Shown: positions 23,321 through 36,363 of the stretch, one piece after another
Position numbering within the stretch: position 1 is the stretch's first letter
How the letters are laid out: each line of letters starts with the position of its first letter
Source of the DNA: Lingula anatina
Lineage: Eukaryota > Animalia > Brachiopoda
Assembly: GCA_051362555.1 (NCBI GenBank)
Contig: CM120644.1
Span: forward strand, 18,622,534 to 18,686,533
Direction: 5' to 3'
DNA length: 64,000 nucleotides
Program-made: the position numbers and the translations under genes
Notes under the pieces: model-generated
The model's database searches: none
Told to the model about the DNA's origin: nothing
What the model saw: only the letters and a program-made list of their open reading frames with translations

Positions 23321-25659
23321 TTACTCCTTGCTGTCGTCGTAGATGATTGGCTGGATGTAGGCTTTCTTCTTTCCAGTGTTGTAATAAGCCTCCGGCTCCC
23401 CGGCATCGCAGTACGTATCTCCTTGTTGGCCGCTCTTATCGAACGAGATATAGTCATCGGCGGAAGGTCTTGGCTCAGCTTGCATAGCAGCGCCCATGTT
23501 GGCATCGCCCTTCAGGCCGTGCCCAATGGCTTGTTCAATTTTCATTGGTGCGTGTTGGATTTGAGCAGTCGCGCCACCTGCCGCAGGCTTTGTATAAGTA
23601 GTATCTTCATATTCATCAGATTCGGGGCCTTTTTGGAAAGTGACGGTGTAAGGTGGCGCCATCTTGTTGCAGGCAACTTTAGGCGCGGTTTGCTGACTGG
23701 GAGCAGACTCCCTCACGCCCCATTTGAGTCCGGTGTAGCCTTTAGCCGGCTTGTCCGTGGGTTTTGCTGACAACTTTGACATACGTTTCAACGATGTGTA
23801 AGGATTTTCTGTTAATGCTTCTTCCCAGCTTAATAAGGCGGTAACGCTACGGCGTTGTCGTCGATTACAAGTGAAGATAACAAAAACAAGAATTGAGTTA
23901 ATGGCCGCCATTATCAGGGACACCGTGACAACAATGTGCCAAGGGTCTTCAAAATTGGGAGATGTTCCATTGCCACCTTGATTACTGTAGTTTGGGGGCA
24001 CAGAATCAACGCGGGGGCAACCTTCGAATGCCAATTCCTCTTTGGAGCATTCATCTGTGGGGAAATCCCCAATTGCCATCCCCTTAAACCTTATTGGCGA
24101 GTGGCAAATTGCTTTGCTGATGTCGGAGACTGTGAAGATGGATTTCTGCGACACATGCTGTATCCAAGCAAGAGAACAGTCGCAATGGAGAGGGTTTCCG
24201 CTTACCGTGAGTTGCCGTAGAGCCGAGAGCCTCTTAAACGTGCACTTGTCTAAGGTTCTTATCTTGTTGTCGTTCAGGCGCAGAACCTGCAGGCTTTTCT
24301 CAATCCCGTGAAAGCCGGGTTCTGAGATGATGAGAATTTTATTGTTACTGACATCTAGGTGACTTAGTTTGTCACAGCTCTGTAAAGCAAAGGGCGTCAA
24401 CGTGGTTAAAGTGTTATGTTGCAGGTGGAGTTGCTGCAGCTCGGGCAAATGATCCAGGTCCAAGGGCCAACTGTCGAAAAAATTCTTTCTGAGGTTCAGA
24501 ACTTTTAAATCATGCAGGTCGTGGAGAAAACTTCCGAGAGAGACCTGGCTTAAGAGGTTGCCACTAAGGTCCAGAAATTCCAAGTGTTCTAACCCATCCG
24601 CCGAAGCAATGTCGATGCGACGACTTAACTTCACCGCGCTCAGTCGAAGGGTTTTGAGCTGAGAGAATTGTGCCAAGGCGCTAGGGAAGAAGTTTATGGT
24701 ATTTCCGCTCAGATCCAGGGACTCCAGCGTACGTGGCAGGTATTTCAAGGAGTCGACGGTAGCTTGGGTCCGATTGGCGTCACTGCTGGCTATACTCATC
24801 TGGATTTGGTTATTGGCCATGGACAGGTGTTTCAGTGGCAATGGTCTAAACTCTTTGGGTATTCCCTGTGCACTGTTGTCGTCAAAATTCAAAACTTCCA
24901 GAGAATCCCATTTATGGTTCCCGATTCCCCTTTCAACTGATTTCTCCGAGTAGCCGTTGGAGCTAAGGTCCAACTCTCGTAAACGTGTAAATCGGATACT
25001 CGCCGAAGCCGCTTCTATGGGCAGAACTGGGAGCAAGTATGTGAGGGAGTGAAGACGCAGAACTTCCACGGAGTTCATTACGGAGTACAGAAACCCAAAC
25101 AGCTCTGTGGAACATGTATGCATGAATCTCGAATAGGAGAGGTCGATCGATTTGATGGCGGCGGTCGGAAAGTTGCAAAACTGCAAACTGTGTTCCAAAG
25201 TTGTGCACAGATTAGTTTCCCTGAAGTTGTAATTGCGGAGATCCAGATGACTCACCGGCACACGGAGGTGCTGAAAATCGTGACATATGACACCCTTGGT
25301 GAGTTGTGCAGCGTTTGGACATTCATAAATCCAAGGTGTCGTCTGCTCATCTTTCCAATCGCCAGGTTCCCGGTAGCACGTCTCGCACGCCGGGACGGGG
25401 GGACACGAAGTAGACACCTGCTGCACAAGGGCGATAACAACTAACAGATGGTGCACCTTTCGGAAGAGAAACAGCAACACGCTGAAAAATAATTTTTTTT
25501 TGTATTTGTGTCTTTTATGAAAATCGTACGCCAAATAAGCGATTTTAAATTTAGTTTTTATATACTGTACAATAAAAATTGAATAAAATCAGGAGCAAAA
25601 TTGATGTTACCTTTATCCTTTATGACACAATTTATAATTGTGTGTGTGTTTGTGTGTGC

Positions 25660-25725
<66 letters not shown>

Positions 25726-25768
25726 AATATGATTTAGAGGACTAGTACCTGAGTCCAGAGACTACCAT
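23321..25768 (-). CDS. Leucine-rich-repeat single-pass transmembrane protein (signal peptide, ~12-13 LRRs, LRRCT, TM, Tyr-rich tail, no TIR); ~726 aa, 2 coding exons
   Basis: Exon 1 is 25768-25749 (ATG GTA GTC TCT GGA CTC AG|gt) and exon 2 is 25481-23321 (ttttcag|C), in frame. The protein has LxxLxLxxN repeats, LRRCT GNPLHCDCSLAW...ICHSP..FKG, and TM IVVTVSLIMAAINSILVFVIF. Confidence 0.9.
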
Positions 25769-26039
25769 TTTCTTCGTCCAATGTCAGTTCACTGCAATCT
25801 CCATTGCGTTCCTCATGCAATTGTTAACAGTGTTAGAGCATACACATATGCAAGAATATTATCAATCCTCTACCACAATCTGTCCCATATCAGATAACTG
25901 ATCACTGATATCAATATATATCTTGTTGACGTAATGTTTGATAGGACTGAGGATATCACTGTATAGAAAGTGTGTTGGTCCCTTGATAAACAAGTTAGAA
26001 ATTAGTACAATTCTGTTAGTCCGAATTTCGTCCAAAATT

Positions 26040-26218
26040 GGGAAAATTATGTTTAATGAAAAAATTGAGGAATGCTGTCGAAGATTCACGTCCAAGTTAC
26101 GCTTAACTAAAACGTTACTTAAATGAAATAAATGCTTTGGGAAAATTATGTTTAATGAAAAAAATGAGGAATGCTGTCGAAGATTCACGTCCAAGTCACG
26201 CTTAACTAAAACGTTACT
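26040..26218 (+). repeat. 99-bp-period tandem duplication upstream of the LRR gene
   Basis: GGGAAAATTATGTTTAATGAAAAAA.TGAGGAATGCTGTCGAAGATTCACGTCCAAG..ACGCTTAACTAAAACGTTACT occurs twice. Confidence 0.85.
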
Positions 26219-26632
26219 ATATCAAAAACCTGAATCATGTTCCAAATCGAGTTTCTAAGCTCACTAGAAGTAGAAATCTACTAATCTATTATGCGCATGC
26301 AGCAATATGAACAGTGTCCGCAGAGATTCGTGAGGGGGGGGACGCTTACCGTGTCCCTCTATGCAAACATATGAGTTATCAGTTAAATTGTTATCTGGTC
26401 ATGTACTACATGGATATTATCAAATATTTACCCTCCTACATGAGTCTTGTTCCTGCAGTTTGAATGTTATACAAATGTAGTTTCATTCTATTTGTAACAA
26501 ACTACAAGGACCTCTGTTGGAGGGCATCGCTAAGTCCAGGGTCATATGAATTACAAGAGAGTTCCCGCCGATTCAGTTCTCTCTGTGCCAGTTGATTAGT
26601 ACTACGACCCACCCTATGTGTTGACCCACTTA

Positions 26633-28507
26633 GGCTTCGTTCACATGCAATGTCTATTTTCTAAATTCTATTTTCTATTTGCGGTATGTCTTATGATCAC
26701 GGTCTGTGGCCTGAATATCCCGCGGCGTAATTACTGGCAGCACGAGCCAGTTACTATAAGTTACTATAAGTAACTGGCTCGCGCTGCCAGTAATTACGCG
26801 GCGGGATATTCAGGGCACAGACCGTGATCATAAGATAGCGCAAATAGAAAATAGAAATTAGAAAATAGACATTTATGGGCGGCGGTTTATACAAAAATTC
26901 AAAACACGATTAGTCGTCATCGTTATCAGATCAGTCGAAATGAAAACACGATTAGTCGTCGTAGTTATCAGATTCGTCGAATTCAAAACACGATTAAATA
27001 CAGCAAAATACGACGAGTAGTCATCAAAACTCGATTTGACGCTAGATGGCGCTCATGTCAATGGTCTTGGCCACCCTTGTGCCGACTTCACAGTCAATAC
27101 CGCAAAAATCTGACAAGTGCTTAATTTGAGATTGACAGATGTTGTACTATAGTAGGCTAGTATGTGATAGATACAATACGAGTCGCAGAGCTGTACGTGA
27201 AATATATAACGAGTGTATTGTCGAGCTGCAGGCGAGTGTTGTATCTGGCTTAAACCACGGCCTCTGGCTAATACACTGCCCTTGCGATATTTTACTCATA
27301 CATGTTAGGGGCCCTTGTGGTCACTTAGTCCTGTGTTGGACGATGGAGGGCAAGGCTGAACACGCCTAACCGCTCCCCTCGACCTAAGTCAGCCCTAGCC
27401 GCTTCTTGCAGCAGCAGCAGCAGCAGCACCAACACCACTCCCATCACCAGCAGCAGATTAGATACTGAGAAGCCCCCCCCAGAAAAAACTACTCTTTCTC
27501 TCCCATCAGTGGCGGATTTAGAGTGGGGGTCAGACCCCCCCCCCCGGTTTCTGAAAAATATATCACGCCAATATTCCCCTCTTGAAATTAGAATTTTGAC
27601 TAGCTAAATAAATCATAGTTCTTAACCGTACCAAAGGCACTGTTTGCTCTTTAAAACACCAAACATTTTCGGGGCCCTTGAGCAGGCCCCAAACTCCACA
27701 CCAGTGGGCGACGATCGGCTTCACATCGTCCCGGACCCCCCCCCCCCCCCATCCCCCCGATTCAGATAATCCTGGATTACTTTAATATTGTGACGAATTT
27801 TTAGATCTTTATATGTCCATCTGACATGAATTTTCACATAAATGATCACACTAATACACCTTTTACACCGGGGTAGGCGAAGGTGTTAACACTTAGGTCG
27901 AGGGGAGCTGGGGGGGGGGGGGGGGTTTGGGACGTCCAACACAGGACTAAGTGACCACAAGGGCCCCTAACATGTATGAGTAAAATATCGCAAGGGCAGT
28001 GTAGTAGCCAGAGGCCGTGGTTTAAGCCAGATACAACACTCGCCTGCAGCTCGACAATACACTCGTAATATATTTCACGTACAGCTCTGCGACTCGTATT
28101 GTATCTATCACATACTAGCCTACTATAGTACAACATCTGTCAATCACAAATTAAGCACTTGTCAGATTTTCGCGGTATTGACTGTGAAGTCGGCACAAGG
28201 GTGGCCAAGACCATTGACATGAGCGCCATCTAGCGTCAAATCGAGTTTTGACGACTACTCGTCGTATTTTGCCGTATTTAATCGTGTTTTGAATTCGACG
28301 AATCTGATAACGACGACGACTAATCGTGTTTTCATTTCGACTGATCTGATAACGACGACGACTAATCGTGTTTTCATTTCGACTGATCTGATAACGACGA
28401 CGACTAATCGTGTTTTCATTTCGACTGATCTGATAACGATGACGACTAATCGTGTTTTGAATTTTTGTATAAACCGCCGCCCATAGACATTGCATGTGAA
28501 CGAAGCC
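26633..28507. mobile_element. Palindromic Harbinger-like MITE (~255 bp, TTA TSD) split by a nested insertion
   Basis: TTA|GGCTTCGTTCACATGCAATGTC ... GACATTGCATGTGAACGAAGCC|TTA; near-perfect hairpin at 26649-26873. Confidence 0.85.
26874..28485. mobile_element. Non-autonomous IS3EU-like foldback element (TATGG...CCATA, 6-bp TSD GACATT) with ~470-550-bp TIRs and 39-bp subterminal repeats
   Basis: The TSD lies at 26868-26873 and 28486-28491. Arms 26874-27342 and 27934-28485 are near-identical reverse complements. Confidence 0.85.
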
Positions 28508-29472
28508 TTAGAGTACGTAAAGGTAACCGTTACCTATACAAACCAAATGGAGGGTGGACTCTGTTCAGGCCCGTAGCCAGGGGGTTGGGGAGGGGGGGGG
28601 GGGTCGAAAGAACCCCGGCCCTCTTTTGCTGGGAAAAGGTCCCCACTGGATAAAATTTTATCTAGGTACGTAAAGGTTTCATGGTAAAAGGGCCACTTTT
28701 TCAGAAAAAGAACCTCCCTTTTGAAACTGCTGGCGACAGGCCTGCTGTTTGACACAGACTCCATTTTACTTGGTTTAAAAGTTAGGAACATGATTTCAGT
28801 ACCTGTATACAGCAACGACAATAAAGGTTCCTATAGGGAATTCCCTTAAGGGAAATAGAAATGGATAAATAATTTCAATTAATGAAAAGTAATAAAACAT
28901 TTAATTCAACATGTACTTTATTACATATCTTCCAGATTTTCAATTTAATACAAGAGTTCACTAATGGAACGCAGTAGAAGCAAGTCCATACACATTTTTT
29001 GCTAAAATTAAATTACACAGGTGTGCCTTAGTTCACAAACTTCCATGCCTATAACAATCAAAAATATCCCCCTGAAAAATTACAGCATTCTGACCATTAA
29101 ACAGATTTTTTTGAAAATAAAGGGCTATACATGACTACAAAATTATCATGGAAGGGACTAGTTTTAATATCAATTTACAAATCAAGGCATAGACATAGTA
29201 TATAACATGTTCATAAGGGACTTAAAAATAAGAATTATAAAAAAAAACTCTAAACAAATGCACATTTAATTTATAGTCTTTTAATGGTTTGCATTGCATG
29301 TAAGTCATTATTTTTGTGGGCAAATTTTGACTGTATTTTAACTTTATTTTGCAATTGTACAACAAATACACTTACATATATCATCTATTTACCTACAATA
29401 AGCCCACTTATAGCAGTGTTTTCCAGAACCAAATAGCAAGATGCCAGTGAGCTTAACAACTGGTACCCTCCC

Positions 29473-29524
<52 letters not shown>

Positions 29525-31282
29525 GTTGCCACAGAAATAATGATTATATATGTACTTGGTAACAACAATAACAAGTAATTATGCTATGAACCAAGGTAAA
29601 TAATAAATATTAGATTTCATATAATGTTTGTTTGCCCCATCTAAATTTTTGGCAAATGTGAGCAATGCTATTCATCTGCTTAAATTTCCCACTAATGCTG
29701 ACTTCAGTCTTCCTAAATTCTTGACCAGATTTAATTGCTCCTGCTCTATCAGAATGGACCAGTTGGTCAAAAGAACAATATAGATTTTGGGCACCATTGT
29801 ATCCCTGTAGTTGACGATTAAAATTAATATAATATATTTTTTCTCTTGCATAAAACTTGTTTCAGACTATCCTAACAAGGATGTAATCTGCTCAACAGAA
29901 ATATCAGAACCTTAACCTAATGAAAGTCATTATGTACAGTAAGAACATTAAAGTAAACAAAACATTCATAAAATACAAAAATGATAAATATTCCACCAAT
30001 ATCTAACAAATTTCAAATGTTTAGGGGCATACTTGTTCTCAGTATTTGAAAATGGCTGGTTGGTATCTATTACCATTCAGATTTCTATTTCTGATAGCTT
30101 GTTATCTAAATGGATCTTCATAAATGAGTCAAATTAAAAAAATAAAAACATCTGGGCAAAATATTTCAGCACTTGTGTCGGCAGCTCACAAATGGTGTTC
30201 CAGCTTATTCACTCTGTCCAGTCCATACATGTATTTTTTTTTTACTTAAATGAAGTAAATGCATTTGGTAAACTTTGTTTAATGAAGAAATTGAGGAATG
30301 CTGTCGAAGAGTCATAAATATCATTTGTTAGTTTTTGTAACTGAGTAATAAGTTAGAGTAATATCATTTCACTTAAAAAGGCAATGGTATTCAGTAACTG
30401 AATGAGGTAAGGTTTCTTCTGATAGAAAAATCAAAAGATCATTGTTATAGAGTAAAAATGCAATTTACAACGTGGATAATAAACATAACTAAATTATAGT
30501 AAATGTGCCCACAGTTACTACATATGCAACAGTAATTGTTACATGTACTTCAGGTATTTGAAATCACTTGAACAAAAGTAAATGCCATAAGAAAACCCAA
30601 TATAGGATGTTTAAGCCCATCAAACATTCATAGTACATTATGTAATTGTAAGCCAACAATTAATCTTTACAAGAGTTTTTTCCCAGTTCATACTTATACT
30701 TCTTCTTTTCTGTTATATAAGCATGCAGGTAACAATTCCCTTCAACATGCATAGTCCAAGAGTTGATACAGGGAAAGTCTTGTTGAAAAAAAAGTTAGTC
30801 CCAAAAATGGCATATGGTACACTCCTTGGTCTCAGGCTTGTGGCAGTTCATCGAATTATTCGACCAAGTTAAATTTATTCATTTTTTCAAATACAAGTTT
30901 AACAAATACAGTGCATTGGCTGCATAACAATTGAAAACTGTTGCCGAAACTCATCTAAAACTTCAGGGAAGCATCTACTTTCCCACCACTGAGTTCAACT
31001 TATAAATAAGAATTAATGTCTATTATTTTTTCATGGAAATTGTATTCAATGTTTGAAGTTCTATTATCTCCTCTGCCTGACACACTGACTCCAATCATCT
31101 CAATCAAAAGTTCCATTTAGCAAAATTCTTACGGATTACATAAAAATACATGGGCTGTATTTCATTTTCACCCTAACAAATAACAAATATGTGCTTGAAC
31201 ATCTTTTAAATTCTTTGGGTCTGAGACCCATCAACACAAGGAAATAACAAAAGTCATGGGTCACGCAAGACAAGGCAAAGTC

Positions 31283-34200
31283 TCATAGTCCGTTGTCATG
31301 GTTTAGTCGTACACACCTGCTGATTGGCTGGCCTGTCAAAAAGTAGGTCACCATGTCCCCTTTACCTTTGACCTTGACAATCCCCCTGCATTCCAACTGG
31401 TAACCCAGGGGATTGAGAATGTTGTATATCTCTTGGGTCACCTGAGGTAATGAAAATATTGTAACTTTAATTGATTAAAAAAAAAGCACTGGTATTGATT
31501 TTTACACATACAGTACATGTACAATGTAGATGCAGTCATATAAAATATCCTTTAGAATATGCTTCATGTTTCAAATTGTTTACAAAAAAAACAGTGTCTT
31601 GGAACATTACACCACAGATGTTAACATGTTCCATCTGTACACAGTTTATTACTTCCAATCTTTGTTTATACCCTCATCTCATTTCTATGCCTCAACAACC
31701 TCTGAAAAGTGGCAACTACATGGGAAGATAAATTTCAGATTTACCCTCATAAAATAAAGCTTAATAAATAAATAAATAAACAAAAATGCACTTCTTAGAT
31801 AATGCTGAAATACCACAATCAATGTGGTCTTTAATTAAATTAGAAAATTTAATAAACAAACAAATAAAAAAATAAACAAACTGATAAACAAGGCAGCAAA
31901 GCTGTCAAATGTACAGACAAAAAACAGAAAATAAAGATGCAAAAAAAGGTCATTTTGTCAATTTTGATGCAATAATAAATAATGCTTATAATAGCACTGT
32001 CAGTCAACACTGAATTTTAATCATGCACAACAGGTAACATGGTCAATAACAGGAGCGGACCCTGAGATATTTTCTGACAGTATTCCAAAGTATCTATGTT
32101 GATCCATCCTCCATTTTGATGGTCTTCCAACAGAAAAAAATAGATACCAGTCAATATAAACTTAATAACCTGTCTTCAAGAAGACCCAGAAGATGGTCTC
32201 AATCCACCCCTTCAATAAGATTACAGTTTCAGGACCATGAGAGACTATAGTCACATGATGAAAGTCTCAATATTTGAAAAATGATGACAGTGCATAAAAT
32301 AATTTTATATAATGTTTAAAGACATAAAAAACAATACAATTGCTTATGTGGAAATACAGAAAATGTGCAGAGCCTCGAGCAGATGAGAGTTAAAAGTCAC
32401 AAATGCAAGTGTTTGAGAAAAAATTGTAAAGGAAAACCTAACAAAACTAGAAATCCACCGAGAGTGCAGACCTCTGCCAAGGCAGCAATTGTTGATTATT
32501 GTTGATTATTGAGCCAGACCACCACTAAAAACTAACCATTGTCCTCTTTGGCCCAATTCTGACAGTTCCTGAAAATTTCAGCAAAATCGGTCCATAACTT
32601 TTTGAGTTATGTTGATGACAGACAAACAGGGGTGAAAATATAACCTCCTAGGCAGAGCCTGAGGTAAATATAATTTCAATGAAGCTGCCATTCAAACTTT
32701 TAATCTTTGATTATATATATATATATATATATATAATAACCTGCATAATTATCACTGCTTCCTTATTATTAATCTAGCAGAGAGCTTAACTTTTGGGAGT
32801 TTACAAGGAAATATCAACAAGTGTGCTTTATGTAATCTCCTTTAATGGCCTATCAATTAGGCAAATGACTTTATAACTCAGAAATTAGCTACGTGATACC
32901 CAAGGAATATTAACAGACTGACCCTCTCAAAGGTCTTTCAGGCCCATAAGTCACATCTTAAGAAAAGCACAAAACAATAATGCACAAAATAGGAGACTAC
33001 CAATTCTGATGCAATAATACATTATGTTTTACTGCACAGTCAACATCAAATTTTAATTATGCACAACAGGTAACAACGACGAAAGTAAAAGCATAAGGCT
33101 TCAGGCCCATCAGAGTTCAAGTTTATACTTAGAAAGTGCCAGAATGAGAAAAATGAAAATTTCACACAAAATTGCATAAATTCAATAATAAATGATAACC
33201 CAATTGACCTGGCTTTCTAATTTGAACTGCATGCCAATCCTAAAAATCATACTTGTAAGTTAAAAATAATAATAATAAGTAACACAGTTTTCTTTTCATA
33301 ATGTTTGCAGTAGCAATGCAAAAATATTGTTGTCAATTTTGATGTAACATTACATAATAAATTATAGAATAATTATCACCAATCTTTGATTATTGACAAT
33401 AAATAGCATGGACATGTAGAAAATTTGATTACCATTCGGCTTCATGTCCATGGGAGCTCGGAGTCCCACAATGAATATGCCAAAAAGATAATGAATATTT
33501 CACTCAAATGTATAACTTCCAGAAAAAGAAGCCAATTAGACTGCTTTTCCAACTCATTCTGCATTTTAGTCCTGTGTTTCTTTTTTAAAGGTTTGACAGT
33601 CATAACACGGTTTTCCCATAATGCTCATCATAGCAGCAGCACCAAAAATTGTGTTTTCTTCTATTTTGATGCAATATTACATAATGCTTAATAGCATAAT
33701 GACCATCAATTTTTAATAATAGAATATTAGTAACATGGACATTCAGAAAACGTGACAAGCAAAGGTCTTCAGGATCATGGAACTTCAAAGTCACACCTTG
33801 AAAATGCCAATATGTGAAAAATTAAATTTTCACAAAAAACTGTTTAACTGCCAGAAAAAATTACCAAACAGACTGCATTGCCTACTGAAGCTGTATTTTA
33901 GCCCCATGTTTCTTTCCTGTAAGTTTGAAAACAGTAAGTGACATGGTTTTTCTTAAATGGTCATCATGGGAGCAGTGCCCAAAATAGGGGTTTCATCAAA
34001 TTTTGATGCAATATTACATAATGTTTAACAGCATAATGACCATCAATTTTTAATAATAGAATATTAGTAACATGAACATTCAGAAAACGTGACTAGCAAA
34101 GGTCTGCAGGCTTCAATATGGAACTTCAAAGTCACACCTTGAAAATGCCAATATGTGAAAAATTAAATTTTCACAAAAAACTGTTTAACTGCCAGAAAAA

Positions 34201-36332
34201 AATTACCAAACAGACTGCATTGCCTACTGAAGCTGTATTTTAGCCCTATGTTTCTTTCCTGTAAGTTTGAAAACAGTAAGTGACATGGTTTTTCTTAAAT
34301 GGTCATCATGGGAGCAGTGCCCAAAATAGGGGTTTCTTTAAGTTTTGATGCAATATTACATAATGTTTAACAGCATAATGACCATCAATTTTTAATCATA
34401 AAATATTAGTATCATGAATATTCAGAAAATGTGATTAGCAAAGGTCTGCAGGCTCATGAAATTTCAAAGTCACATCTTAAAAATGCCAAAATGTAAACAA
34501 GACAGCACTGTTCTGAAATGGGTTTATTTCCATTTTTAACATTTTTTAAACATAAAACAAAATAAACAGTTTGTTGCCATTTTATATGACCAACTAAGAA
34601 AATTGATGAGATGGGAAAAATATCAATAGAACAGTGTTTAATGTCCAATTTCCTCCATTCTGAGATTCTGAACATAGTGGATGATTGAATCTGACAAACT
34701 GCAATGATGAGTTTATTACCATTTTTGACAGTTTATTACACAATACACGATAACAAGTTTACCATCATTTTTACACAATCAATTAACAATGTTGTAAAGA
34801 TGCAGGAAATATCAAACAAACACTTTTACGTATCTTATTAGTTAAATAATGAGACTGTTAACATGCCTAATAATTGAATCTGAGGAAATGTGAAAAAACA
34901 GCATAACTTCTAAAATAAAGGCCCGATCATGCTGATTTTCGAACTTGACCTGCGTATTATGAATATCCATCAGTTCTGTTAGTTTCAAGCCAAAAGGTAA
35001 AATGTTATTTCACTTATCGTGTTATCGGTGTTGCATATATGCTAAGAAAAGTGAAAAAACAGCGTAACTGCCCTAAAAATGACCCGATCATGCTGATTTT
35101 CGAACTTGACTTGCAGATTATGAATATTCATCAGTTTTGTAAGTTTCAAGCCAAAAAGTAAAATGGTTTTCCACTTATCGTGTTATCGGTGCTGCATATA
35201 TGCTGAAAAAAGTGAAAAAACAGCATAACTTCCCTAAAAATGGCCCGATCATGCTGATTTTCGAACTTGACCTGCGTATTAGGAATATTCACCAGTTCTG
35301 TAAGTTTCAAGCCAAAAGCAAAAACCGTGTTCCACTTATCGTGTTATCGGTAAAAGTGCACGACGGCGACGACGGCGCCGACGGCGACGACGGCGCCGAC
35401 AGACGCAGATGATGGCTATATGTACAGACACATCTGTGTCTGTACATAAAAATTAAGTAGCACTCAAGCCAGCAATCCAATACAAGAAAATATAAACATT
35501 AAGGGTTATTACAGACCTGTATATGATTGGGGAGTCCAGTGCTATCCATTCTACTGGCCACATTAACAGCATTGCCCCAGATATCATACTGGGGTTTCCT
35601 GGCACCTATTACACCTGCCACCACAGGGCCTATGTTGATACCTGTGACAGAATTAAGAACATAATAAAGCATAAGTTTTTATGATAAAAAAGACGGCACT
35701 TAAATAATTATATTACATGCAAAATTTTTAATTTGTTTTGAAGTAATTAGAGTAATTTTTCTCTTTTCATTTCATTTCATTCATAGAAAGCAGACATAAC
35801 ATATGTCCATCATTTACAGGACCTTAAAATTAATGTACTTTACACATAAAAACTCAATAAAGTTAGGAAATTCAATTTTAACAATATGACAACTGATTAG
35901 TAATTAATAAAAAATAATACAGAAAAGAACAAAAAACAAGTAACTGTAAAAACGTGAAATCTGCCAGGGATTTTCATACGCCTACACTTTGATTGCAATC
36001 AAATACCGACCTACCTATTCTTATCTTAAAACTGTTGAATGAATGCTCATTCACATAGGCCAGCTGCTCTTTCATAGCAAAGGCAAAGTCCACCAAAGCC
36101 AGAACATGGTCCAGTTTGGGTGAGTTAGTTTGTTCCGTAAGGCCTGATGCAGCCATGTATGTGGAACCTATTGTTTTAATTTTCTCGCAGCATTTAAACT
36201 GCTCTTTTTCTAAAATCTGAAAAAGACAAATATACATCAAATTGTAATTTCATGTTTTTCGTGTGTTTGACATCAGTGTTCTGAAGAAGTAGAAAGCACA
36301 TCTATGAAAAAACTTAATTAGCTAGTGTATGC

Positions 36333-36363
<31 letters not shown>

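Noticed and set aside
23288-25444. Several + strand ORFs overlapping the LRR gene
   Set aside because: They are antisense shadows of a GC-richer coding exon and contain no recognisable motifs.
25482-25534. N-terminus MAYDFHKRHK... of the 737-aa ORF in the track
   Set aside because: It starts at a non-ATG codon within an intron. A proper acceptor at 25482-25483 and an upstream ATG exon give a signal peptide.
27139-28136. Two near-identical ORFs MLYYSRLVCD... on opposite strands
   Set aside because: They are a by-product of the transposon TIRs; no domain is recognisable.
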